Source: Felis catus (lineage: Eukaryota). Taken from it: 64,000 nucleotides of DNA. A program made the position numbers and the translations under genes. Position 1 is the first letter of the stretch. Every line of letters starts with the position of its first letter. The notes beneath the pieces were generated by a model. That model was not told the DNA's origin. It did not search any database and was given only the letters and a program-made list of their open reading frames with translations. This document shows positions 47,389 to 59,300 of the stretch, piece by piece. The DNA lies in assembly GCF_018350175.1 (NCBI RefSeq), contig NC_058368.1, forward strand, positions 29,576,001-29,640,000, read 5' to 3'.

Positions 47389-48845
47389 CCTTGTGTGAGA
47401 TTTTTATCGTGAGTGGCTGTTGACTTTTTGGAAGGTAGCAGTTAGGCTCACCACTGTACCACCAACACTGCACAGCTGTTGGCTGTTGGCTTTTTGAATT
47501 TGAATGCTTTTTTTCTGCAGTGATCAATATGATTATGTAATTTTTCTTCTTTAACCTGTTAACAGTGGTGATTTTGTATGATTAATGTGACTGATTTCAA
47601 CTAGAACCAGCCTTGCATCCTTTGGATAAGCCTCACCTGGTCATAGTGTGTAATTCCTTTTATGTGTTGTTCAATTCTATTTTCAGATACCTTGTTAAGG
47701 ATTTTTGTATCTGTATCATGAGGGATATTGTTCTGTAGTATTCTTTTTTTATACTGCCTTTGTCTGGTTTTGGTATCAGTGTAATACCAACTTCATAAAT
47801 GAATTAGAAAGTGCTCTATCCTCTTCAGTGTTTTAGAAGAGATTGTGTAGAATTGGTGTTAATTTTTTCTTTAGTGAAACCATGTAGGCCTGTGCATTTC
47901 TTCTTTTGGTGTGATTTTAAATTACAAATTTAATAGTTAATAGGATTGTTCAGATTATCTATTTCATATTGAGTGTCTTGTGGCAGTTTGTGTTTTTGAG
48001 CATTTATTCTGTTTTATCTAAGCTGTAGTGATATGTGCGGAGTCTTTAGTGATACTCCATTTCATTCCTGTGATGGGAATTTGTCTTTTTTCCCCCCAGT
48101 CTTGATGTAGAGGTTTGTCAATGTTAGTGAATTTTTTTCAAAGAATCAACTCTTTGTTTACTTCATTTTTTTTCAACTTTTTATTATAAATTTCATTCAT
48201 TTCTGCTATTTTATCCTATCTGCTTGCTTTGGGTTTATTTTGCTATTTTTTTTAGGTTGTTCAGATGTGAGTTTAGATTATTGATTTGATACTATGTTTT
48301 CTTTTGTGTGTATTTATGCTGTAAACTTCCTTCTTAGGGTTTTAGCTTTCTCACAAATTCTAATGTTATATTTTCATTCAGTTTTATATGTGTTTTGATT
48401 TCATTTGAGACATCATCACATGGGTTGTTTAGAAGTATGTTGTTCAGTTTCCAAGTGTTTGGAGATTTCCATGTTATCATATTATTACTGGTTTCTAATT
48501 TTATTCCATCGTGATTTGAGACCATGTACTTTATGATTTACATTCTTTGTTTTATTGCCCAGCGTTCAGTCTATTTCAAGTGTATGTTTCACTTGAAAAG
48601 AAGGTATATTTTGTTGTTGGGAGGAGTGTTGTAGAAGTATCAATTTTATCTTTTTTTTTTTCTATTTTTTAATTTTATTTTTTAAAACATCCAAATTAAT
48701 TAGCATATAGTGCAACAATGATTTCAGGAGTAGATTCCTTAGTGCCCCTTACCCATTTAGCCCATCCCCTCTCCCACAGCCCCTCCAGTAACCCTCAGTT
48801 TGTTCGCCATATTTATGAGTCACTTATGTTTTGTCCCCCTCCCTG

Positions 48846-49071
48846 TTTTTATTTTTATTTATTTATTTATTTTTTAATTTTATTTTTGGGACAGAGAGAG
48901 ACAGAGCATGAACAGGCGAGGGGCAGAGAGAGAGGGAGACACAGAATCGGAAACAGGCTCCAGGCTCTGAGCCATCAGCCCAGAGCCCGACGTGGGGCTC
49001 GAACTCACGGACCATGAGATCGTGACCTGGCTGAAGTCGGACGCTTAACCGACTGCGCCACCCAGGCGCCC
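48846..49071 (-). mobile_element. Young SINEC_Fc-type CanSINE nested in the L1
   Basis: TSD cccctccctgttttta. Confidence 0.92.
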
Positions 49072-49470
49072 TGCCCCTCCCTGTTTTTATATTAGTTTTG
49101 TTTCCCTTCCCTTATGTTCATCTGTTTTGTCTCTTAAAGTCCTCATATGAGTGAAGTCATGATTTTTGTGTTTCTCTAATTTCACTTAGTATAATACCCT
49201 CCAGTTCCATCCACGTAGCTGCAAATGGCAAGATTTCATTCTTTTTTATTGCCGAGTAATACTCCATTGTATGTATATACCACATCATCTTTATCCATTC
49301 ATCCATCAGTGGACATTTGGGCTCTTTCCATACTTTGGCTATTGTTGATAGTGCTGCTATAAACATGGGGATGCATGTGTCCCTTTGAAACAGCATACCT
49401 GTATCCCGTGGAGAAATGCCTAGTAGTGCAATTGCTGGATCATAGGGTAGTTCTATTTTTAGTTTTTAGG

Positions 49471-49680
49471 TTTTTTTTTTAACGTTTATTTATTTTTGAG
49501 ACAGAGAGAGACAGAGCATGAACAGGGGAGGGTCAGAGAGAGGGAGACACAGAATCTGAAACAGGCTTCAGGCTCTGAGCTGTCAGCACAGAGCTCGACG
49601 TGGGGCTCGAACTCACGGACCGCGAGATCATGACCTGAGCGGAAGTCGGCCGCTTAACCGACTGAGCCACCCAAGCGCCC
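49471..49680 (-). mobile_element. CanSINE nested in the L1
   Basis: TSD ctatt(t/c)ttagttttt. Confidence 0.92.
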
Positions 49681-52600
49681 CACTATTCTTAGTTTTTTGA
49701 GGAACCTCCATAACTGTTTTCCAGAGTGGCTGCACCAGCTTGCATTGCCACCAACAGTGCAAAAAAGATCCTCTTTCTCCACATCCTCGCCAACATCTGT
49801 TGTTGCCTGAGTTGTTAATGTTAGCCATTCTGACAGGTGTGAGGTGGTATCTCATTGTGGTTTTGATTTGTATTTCCCTGGTGATGAGTGATGGTGAGCA
49901 TTTTTTCATGTGTCGGTTGGCCATCTGGATATCTTCTTTGGAGAAGTGTCTATTCATGTCTTTTGTCCATTTCTTCACTGGATTATTTGTTTTTTGGGTA
50001 TTGAGTTTGATAAGTTCTTTATAGATTTTGTATATTAACCCTTTATCTGGCATGCCATTTGCAAGTATCTTCTCCCATTCTGTTGGTTGCCTTTTAGTTT
50101 TGCTGGTTGTTTCCTTTGCTGTGCAGAAAGAAGCTTTTTATTGTGATGAGGTCCCAGTAGTTCATTTTTGCTTTTGTTTCCCTTGCCTCCGGAGATGTGT
50201 TGAGTAAGAAATTGCTATGGCCAAGGTCAAAGAGGTTTTTGCCTGCTTTCTCCTCAGGGATTTTGATGGCTTCCTGTCTTACGTTGAGGTCTTTCATCCA
50301 TTTTGAGTTTATTTTTGTGTATGGTGTAAGAAAGTGGTCTGTGTTCATTCTTCTGCATGTCGCTGTCCAGTTTTCCCAGCACCACTTGGTGAAGAGACTA
50401 TCTTTATTCCATTGGATATTCTTTCCTGCTTTGTCAAAGATGAGTTGGCCATACGTTTGTGGGTCCGTGTCTGGGTTCTCTATTCTGTTCCATTGGTCTG
50501 ACAGTACCATACTGTCTTGATGATTACAGCTTTCTAATACATCTTAAAGTCCAGGATTGTGATGCCTCCAGCTTTGGTTTTCTTTTTCAAGATCGCTTTG
50601 GCTATTCGGGGTCTTTTCTGATTCCATACATGTTTTAGGATTGTTTGTTCTAGCTCTGTGAAGAATGCTGGTGTTACTTTGATAGGGATTGCATTGACTA
50701 TGTAGATTGCTTTGGGGAGTATCGACATTTTAACAATATTTTTCATTTCCAGGAGCATGGAATCTTTTTCCATTTTTTTGTGTTTTCTTCAATTTCTTTC
50801 ATAAGCTTTCTATAGTTTTCAGTATATAGATTTTTCACCTCTTTGGTTAGATTTATTCCTAGGTATTTTATGGTTTTTGGTGCAACTGTAAATGGGATCA
50901 ATTCCTTGATTTCTCTTTCTGTTGCTTTATTGTTGGTATATAGGAATGCAACCGATTTCTGTGCGTTGATTTTATTTCCTGAAACTTTGCTGAATTCATG
51001 GATCAATTCCATCAGTTTTTTGGATCTTTTAATTTTTGGTTTATCTTGATATTCTTGTGAAATCTGTATCCTTGCTGATTTTGTCTTATTGTACTGTCAA
51101 TTTTTGCTTCACATATTTTGCAGCTCTGTTTGGTGCATATGCATTTAGGATTGCTGTATCTTCATGGTGGATTGGCCTTTTTTAACATATGTATATGTCA
51201 TTCTTTAGCTGTGGTAATTTTCTTTGCGCTGATATTAATATAGTCAATTCTTCTGTTTTTTGATTGTTTGCATGATGTATCTTGTTCTGTTCTTTTATTT
51301 CCAACCTATCTATATATCATGTTTAAATTGATTGATTCCTACTATTTTAAAGGGAATTTCTTGGAGACAGCAAATGGTTGGGTTATGTTTTTTAATCTCT
51401 TCTGTCAGTCACTGTCTTTTAATTGATGTATTTAGATCATTTACATTTAATTTTTGATATGTTAGGAGTTTAAGTGTACCATTTTATTTTTGTTCTGTAT
51501 TTTGATTTTGTTTTTCCTGTCTTCCTGTGAGTACTTTTGATTATTTTTTAATTTCATTCTGATTTATGTATATTTTTTAGCGTGTCTTATTTGTATAGCA
51601 TTTTTAGTGGTAGCTCTGGATATTACAGTAGCCATATTATACATAGCTTATCATAGTTTACTGGTGTCATTTTTCTTGTCAGTTTGAGTGAAGTATAGAA
51701 ACCAGACCTCCCTCTATGTTCTTTACCCTTTCTCATTTATAATTTTCACAAATATTTCCTCTACGTACATTTAGAACCACATCATACAATGTTATATTTT
51801 CACTTAACCATCAAACGTAGTTTAGAAAGCTCAAGAGAAAAAACAAATTCTATTATATTTACCTATATTGTTACCTTTTTTCATTTGTAATGTTTTAAGA
51901 TTCTGTCATTTGTTCTTTCTTACTTTAGAGAACTTTCTTTAATCATTCTTTTAGATCTGCTCATGACAGATTTTCTGTCAGCAAGGGTTTCTTTGGGTTT
52001 ATGCTGATTGGGGTTTGTTGAATCTGTAGGTTTAGGTGTCTTGACAAATTTGGGAAATTTTCGGCCATTATTTTGTTGAGTAATTTTTCAGTTCTGCCTC
52101 CTTTGTCTCCTTCCTGGAACCTGATGATATAAATATTAAATACTTTGTTACAATTTTCGCACATCCCTGGGACTATCTTCATTTTATCTCTTTTCTCTCT
52201 TTGTTGTGCAGATTAAGTGATCTGTATTGTCCTGGTTTCAAGATCACTGATTCTTTTCTCTATCCCTTCTATTCTTTAGCCTATCTGTTCTTTAGCCGAT
52301 CTGCTTACCTTTTTATTTCAATTGTAGTTTTAATTCTAAAACTTTCCGTTTGACTGTTTTTTGTGTCTTTTTTTCTTTGCTGAGTTTTTCTATTTATTTT
52401 TTTCAAGTAACTTCATAATTCTCAGTTAAAGCATTTTTACTATGACTACTTTAAAATCTTTATCAGATAATTTTAACATTTCTGTCATCTCAACATTAGC
52501 ATCTATTGATTGCCTTTAAAAAAAAAAAGTATGAAAGTTTCCTGGTTCTTGGTGTTTTTTTTATCAACAACAAGTGATTTTCATTTGAAACCTGGACATT

Positions 52601-53663
52601 TTCATGTTCTGCTGTGCGACTGGATCTTCTTTCACCCCTCCATCTCAGTTGGCTTTCTTGCCCAGCCGCTCTGGCAGAGAAAGGGAGGGCATCCCTTCAT
52701 TATTGCTAGATGGAAGTAGAAATCCAGATACCCTAATCAGCCTCCTTATACATCTCAGGCATCCCCTTGTTACTGTTGGCAATGGGATAGATATTATATC
52801 TATGTGATTTTCACCGGCACCACAGGTGGCAGAGGAGGTGGGTTCATGGTAGCCCAGCATGGATGGAAGTCTAGGCTTCCCACTCAGCCTTTGCTGGCCT
52901 TGGGTGGGAATGGAACCATAGTTTTTATCTGTGGTGTTTAGCTGCAGTGGAGTGATTATAGTCTAAAACTTTTTTGTCTTCCTAAGTGGTCTTTTTGTCT
53001 AATTTTTTTGCTAGAGAAATCAGGTTTTTGTTGGAGCTTTATTTGTGCCTCTTAGTGTTTCCAGCTTCTTCAGCAGCAACTGTAAGACATGAGACAAAAA
53101 AGAAAACCCAGAGACTCACCACCATATTATGTTGTTCCCTGGCTCCCAAGGTCCCTAGCTGATTTGTTTACTTCCCTTCATCTTTTAGAGTTTTCTTATG
53201 TCTGTTTACATATGTATAATGTCAGAGATTTTTAATAGTACTTTATGGGAAGAGTTGGCTAAAGTACATCTACCCTGTGTCCCCAGGAAGAGAAGTCCGT
53301 TTCAATATTGACTTTTTTAAGAATGTGCTGGACAGAATAGTGTGTAAAATTTCAAAGATTATAGAATCTGCATCCATTTTCATACAGAGGCTTTGCTAGT
53401 AGTAACTGAACCATCTACACCCATAAAACAAGCCACGCTTTGTCAGCATTGACCTAGAACATGCCACGTGCTATGGGAAAACAAACAAAATAGACTCTGA
53501 TCTCCCAGTCTAATTGGGACAAAAAGACCAACATGTATAAAATACTCAGAGGGAAATGCTAAATTGGGGAAACAGATGTCTTGAGTAAATATCAAATTTC
53601 AAATTAAATCTTTCTGTAGTCTTTTTAGGAGTAGTTTGTTTCTTTTTATAGTTTGTATTTAAC

Positions 53664-53874
53664 GGGGCGCCTGGATGGCTCAGTCAGTTAAGTGTCCGAC
53701 TTCGGCTCAGGTCATGATCTCGTGGTTCACGAGTTTGAGCCCCGCGTCGGGCTCTGTGCTGACAGCTTGGAGCCTGGAGCCTGCTTCCGATTCTGTGTCT
53801 CCCTCTCTCTCTGACCCTCCCCCCATTCATGCTCTGTCTCTCTCTGTCTCAAAAATAAAAAAATAATAAAATAA
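53664..53874 (+). mobile_element. CanSINE
   Basis: TSD agtttgtattta. Confidence 0.92.
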
Positions 53875-53884
53875 AGTTTGTATT

Positions 53885-54285
53885 TATTTATTTTTTTAAG
53901 TTTTTATTTAAATTTCAGTTACCATACATGCAATATTAGTTTCAGGTTTACAAAATAGAGATTCAGCACTTCTGTTCAACACCTGGTACTCATCACAAGT
54001 GCCTTCCTTAATCCTTACCACCACCCACCTCCCTCTGGTAACCGTTAGTTTGTTCTCTATAGTTAAGGGGCTGTTTTCTTGGTTTGCCTCTCTTTTTTTT
54101 CTTCTCCCCTTTGCTCTTTGGTTTGTTTCTTAAATTTCACATAATGAGTGAAATCACGTGGTATTTGTCTCTGACTTATTTCAGTTAGCATATTACTCTC
54201 TAGCTCCATTGTGTCATTGTTAATGGCAAGATTTCATTCTTTTTTTTTATGGTTTAGTAATACTCCATTGTATATATACCACTAC
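53885..54285 (-). mobile_element. Carnivore L1 3'UTR fragment
   Basis: caatattagtttcagg...atgagtgaaatca..tggtatttgtc...aatggcaagatttcattc. Confidence 0.8.
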
Positions 54286-54310
54286 TTTCTCTTTTTTTTT
54301 TTCCTCAGAT

Positions 54311-54475
54311 GTAGGGTTAGGTTAGGGTTTATGGCAGGGTGAGAGTATGTTCATTATATCCCGAAGTTTAGAGAACTCTCCAGAGGGTTTGATTTAGGGT
54401 TAGAGTTAGGTTTAGGGTTTGGGTTTTAGGGTTAGGTTTAGGGGTTAGGATTGGGATTTAGGGTGTTAGTGGGTT
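54311..54475 (+). repeat. Degenerate telomere-like (TTAGGG)n tract
   Basis: Six exact TTAGGG (54322, 54394, 54412, 54426, 54438, 54458) plus TTAGG, TTTGGG, TTAGAG and TTGGG variants. Confidence 0.8.
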
Positions 54476-55809
54476 TGTGTTAATGAGAGAAGATGTTACT
54501 TGAACAACAGTTTATACACAGTGTAGTTTTGTGAGAAAAGCACAGGGCTCTTCCCATATGCTGCTAACATATGTTTACAAGCACTTACATCTTAATGAAG
54601 GAAGGCATTACTTGAAATACGCATTATACACCATGTAGTTTGATTCAAGTATAGGTCTGTTCCCACATGCAGACCATTTACAAACATACCATTTACAAAC
54701 ATAGGTATCAGTATTTTATTTGAAGCCTACCATGTGCTCAACGATTGTGCTTAGATCTAGTATGTAAGTGTTGGTAAGATAGTTTTCTTGCTTTGTAGGA
54801 GCTCTCAGCTTTAGTTGGAACCAAGGGTGGGAAGCAGGTATAAAAGAAATCAGATCCTTAAAATTCTAACAGTAGTGGGATGCGTATTATATTAATGGTA
54901 ACTATTTTCATGCAGAGTACAAATCCTACAAGGGTAGAGTCCTGATTAGGGTCAAATGAGGCCACAGAGAAATGGTGATAGGTCATGTTTAGAGGGTAAC
55001 TAAAGAATAGAAAGAAAAGTGGGATGGAGAATATCCCATGCAAAGGAACCCATGTAAGAGAGCTTGACAGAGAGTGTGGGGCATAGGGTTATATCAAGGT
55101 TCCAGTGTAATTGTATAACTTTATACATTTGCTAGCAACACAACTGGTTTTGTAAAAATGTTTAGATTTTAAAATTCACATTTTTTGCTATGATCCAAGT
55201 AGATGAATTTTTATTCCATTAAGATAACAAATGTCTAGAAGTTTTTTAAAATGTATTTATGAATATGCTAGGGTTGTTAGTAGGAGGCATATTCTGTAGA
55301 TGGTAAATCGATAACCGGTTCTCTACTGAGATACTGATATTAAGTACCTGTGTGTGATTTGAAAAAAATTCCATGTTCCCTGGTATATATTGTCACAGAG
55401 CTTTAAGAAGGGTCTCTTAAAGTTCTGTTCAGCTACTATCGAAAGAGTTTACTTTGCCTGGTCTCTACTATCTTTAATGAAAGAGATTAAGAATTTTCTT
55501 TGGGAGCCAATTGTATTTTCATCAGAAGGTAGATTTTCCACATTATGCCTCAGTGCTGATTAGCAGAAGGAAATAAGACAGTGTGTATGAACGTGATGGC
55601 TTCTACCTTACTCTAGAGTTTCCTTCTTAGGTTGTAGAGAACATGGTTAACTTCTCTGAAAAGACTAAGATTAAATCAAGATGATATCTTGTGTTTATAT
55701 TGAGACAAACATAGCTTATATTTGGAACTCTATGCTTGGAAAATTTTTAGAAAAATACTATTTTGATTATATGGTCCAGAGATTAATCTATTTTTATTTC
55801 TTATTGCAG

Positions 55810-55911
55810 ATGGAGTCTGGTGGTACAGTTTTGAGTACCAACTGGTCTGATGTAGGTAAAAGGAAAGTTGAAATCAATCCTCCTGATGATATGGAATGGA
55901 AAAAGTACTAA
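55810..55911 (+). CDS. SUGT1: SUGT1 exon 13, last coding exon (SGS domain)
   Basis: ttattgcAG|; [33 protein letters not shown]; 102 nt. Confidence 0.97.
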   Translation: MESGGTVLSTNWSDVGKRKVEINPPDDMEWKKY

Positions 55912-56341
55912 ATAAATTAATTTGCTATCACTGTATTGCATATATTCACCTAATGCCCATTGTGTATTAATATTGCATTCTTGAATTTTGAACACTGAGT
56001 ATCTTTTTGAAAGGTTTTACCTCTTTACCTCTTTGTGCTTTAGAAATTATTTTCCTTCAAGTGTTCTAAGAGTCTAATGAAGAATGAAGATCCTATTTTA
56101 TCACTTTTGTCCTTAAGGATTTCAGACATGCTGAAATGGAATGAAGTATCATTTGCTACTAGATAGAGTAGTTCTACCTAGTTATGGAAGGTGGAGAAAT
56201 CATTAATGAATATCTTGGGTTATTGCCTTATTTTTGATGAAGTATTATGTTAATATTTATTAGACTTGGCAATTTTGGGTGAGCATAGATTTTTTTCAAG
56301 TGTTACATTGTTTGCTTTTAAAAACTGCTTTTGGATGGAGT

Positions 56342-56390
56342 TGTAAATACAATTTTTCTATGAAGTTGTTTGGTTTATTTACCTTTTTCT
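56342..56390 (+). terminator. Candidate SUGT1 poly(A) site (variant hexamer)
   Basis: TGTA (56342-45) followed by AATACA (56346-51), then GT/T-rich gttgtttggtttatttaccttttt. Confidence 0.4.
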
Positions 56391-59300
56391 TAAGTTTTTT
56401 TAATGAGAACTTTGAGAAATTATCACAGGGAATTCCTGTTTGGTTATATGCGAAATATTTGTAATTACACTGAGATTTTGGTCCTTACTTTCCAAATTAC
56501 TGTTTAAAACATAGACACCTGAGTTTAACATGCTGCAAATTTATCTGTGTTGAAGGATAATCTGTGAAATTGGGCCAAATAGTGATTTAGGAAAGCCCAA
56601 CTTACCTTTTTGCTGTTTTTTTTTTTTTTTTTTTTCCTGCCACATCAGGAGTCCTGAAATAACTGGTAGTTTGGTTTGGTTTGGGGTTTTGTTTTTTTTG
56701 TTTTTGTGTATTTTTTTCTTTATTAGTCCTTCTCATGTCCCCATGGTTACTTTGGTTTCTGTGGTTTAGGGTAGCTGCTGAGAGAGTAAATTAACAGGTA
56801 TACATTTAGTATGTACTCTGTTTCTAGAGTAAATAGATACCATGAGAATACAAAAGGTAAAGACATGATCATTAACTTCAAAGAGCTTATAATCTAGCAC
56901 AGAGAAAATTATTGATGAAAGAATTATGGAACTCATTATAAATAGTTTTGAGACAGAAAAATAGTGTTTTATGATTAAAATACTTTGCAGTCTAAGCTGT
57001 TACAGAGTGTAGGCCATTGGTGACATGTAGGTCTGACTTTGCTTTCTGACCATAATTGTTAACTATAATGCCATAGAGGTTGGTGTCTCTCAGGTCTCAC
57101 AATGTGGCACAAGGCATTACTGGGCCCTCATAGCTGAGGATAGGGTGAACAGGAGGCAAATCAACCATTGGTTCAACTTTCAGAAGAGTGGGAATTCAGT
57201 CCCTTCCATCTAATTGTTTGACCTGAAATGTAGCGGGATTCATGAGGACGGTGGTGGCGTGATAAACCAGCCTTGCCCAAACCTTACACAAGCTCATGTA
57301 AGCACCTGGGAATTTTTACTTGTCCTTCCGCCCACTTACAGCTACAGACTACTTTTTTTGTTCTTCAATATTGAAGGAAAGGTAAAATTAAGTTTTTGCG
57401 TGAATTTATAACATTTTCATCTTGAGGAAACTTGATAGTAGTTTTAGTATTCTGTATGTCAGAGTTTCTCAGTATACCATTAGTCCTAAGGGGTAGGGAG
57501 GCTTTGCTACAGATGTCGTAAGTTGGCCATACAGCACTACACCAGAGACAAGAGTCCTAGCTCCAGCAAACCTCTGTCAAGTCGCTTTATAATCTTCAAT
57601 AGGTTTAGCCTGTCTTTGTCTTCATTATTTGTAAATAATCTTTAGCGTCTTAGAGTTAAAAGTCCATGATTCTAAATAAGAAACATTTTTGCCACTAAAG
57701 GGCAACTTTTTTCTTTGTTAGCAAGGACACTGTTGTAATAGAGGCTGTTTTAAAATAGAATTCTAGTACTAGTTTTGCTTGTACTTTAAAAAGGTATACT
57801 GACTGTATCTAAAGTACGCTTGTCTATTGACTAGATTTGCTTAATGTTTGGGATTCAGGATTTTGCTGAGCCAAATGGAGTTCCTAATACACATGACTAT
57901 ATTATAAAATGGATCTGGTTCAAACAAGTACACTAGATTTATGGGTAAAGAAGGGACTTTTGAGAAGTGGATTAGACTGCTGCATAAGGTACCACTCTGG
58001 AGTACTGTTTCTCTTTCACCATTCTAGATAATGAGAATTTATAAGCCTCCAGGAAGTTAAAAAACAACAGCAACCCTCCATTTCAATTAAAAATCTCTTT
58101 ATCCTTATCCTCTATATTCTCAGCTATTAATTGGTCTTGCTTTCTTTCTAGATTTCCATTTTCAGTTCTTAAATTTGGTTTTCTTAGTTTTCTGGTTAAC
58201 TTTTTGTTCAGAAGATACATTTTTTTTTTCTCTTAGTATTTCTTATTTTCTTTTCTAAGGATTAGTCCTGGAATACATTTTTTTCTTAACCTTAGATTCT
58301 TCATCTGTTCTCCTGATTTTTATAATCATTTGCACCTTGATGACTTCCCAGAATTCTCACATTATCCTCAAAGAATTTTGAATGGGATAATCTACTCCTT
58401 TGAACTCTTCTATCAAGTAATCTCTTTAGATGGCTGTACCACAGTTTAAACATCAGAGTCAATTTTGATAATTTTCTGTCTGTGTCCTAACTCCTTCAGA
58501 TTTGGTTGCCAGCTATAACAAAGTTCAGTCTTCAACATGGTAATTACAGGCCACTTTAAAAAATAATTGGTTTTCTTTTTCTTTATATGGAAATGGAGAG
58601 AAAGGATGGTTTGCATTGATAACTACATTTTTAAAAACATACTCATCTCTTAGATTTATGGTATTCACTGACTTCAGAATATTGAATGCTACTGTTTTCC
58701 TGAGGCGAACTATGTAGAACAAGGGAGAAAATTGGACTGTCTTATAAAAATGTATCTATAAGTTCTATAAATTTCAAATATTTAAAATGAGGATATATAA
58801 CTATGTTAACATGAATACGTAGAAATTTTAATTTAGTTCAATAACCTAAATATTGTTTGACTATCCTTACCCACTTTGCTTTCCTTTTCTCCTTCCCCAG
58901 TTATCTACATATCAGATAGGTCATTGATCTCTGAGATGTATCACTGATTCAGAGCAGTATTGCCTATTTACCATCTGATCTGCCTAATGCAGATCTACTA
59001 ATTGTATTGGTATCTTCCTTGTCCAGATTAGTGTGCATCTCTCTGACTTGTAGCTATTACTGACATTTCCAAAAATAATTCAGAAAATTTCTGGATGGCT
59101 GAGTGGTTTGTTAGGAGAGCTACTTTTCATTGTAACCAGTTCTAAAGAAGTTTACCTTTAGCCATTCATACCTGCTCTTACATAGTCTCGTAAGAATATG
59201 GATTTCAGTTATCTGTCGCTCAGAGGAACCAAGGAGAGAAGATAGTAAGAGCTTAAAAGGACAAAATAATGGTGTCTGTGCCAGAAAGTGTTATAAGTAG

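Larger units (their letters stand above)
48650..51022 (-). mobile_element. Younger carnivore/felid L1, 5'-truncated (ORF2 C-terminal part plus 3'UTR), nested in the old L1
   Basis: Fragmented ORF2 peptides ([38 protein letters not shown]). Confidence 0.9.
45690..53290 (-). mobile_element. Ancient near-full-length degenerate L1 (5' region, ORF1, EN, RT, 3'UTR)
   Basis: Minus-strand peptides IMAENFPNL (ORF1, ~52070), SNHDGIKLE..WKLNN (EN end, ~48480) and KPTANLLNGE..FPL..PLSPLLLN (RT, ~47080) lie in L1 order. Confidence 0.8.

Noticed and set aside
49157..51012. L1 ORF2-like ORFs
   Set aside because: Frameshifted, truncated and SINE-interrupted; not a functional L1
54673..54702. 15-bp tandem duplication (similar ones at ~8776 and ~59614)
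   Set aside because: Ordinary slippage duplications
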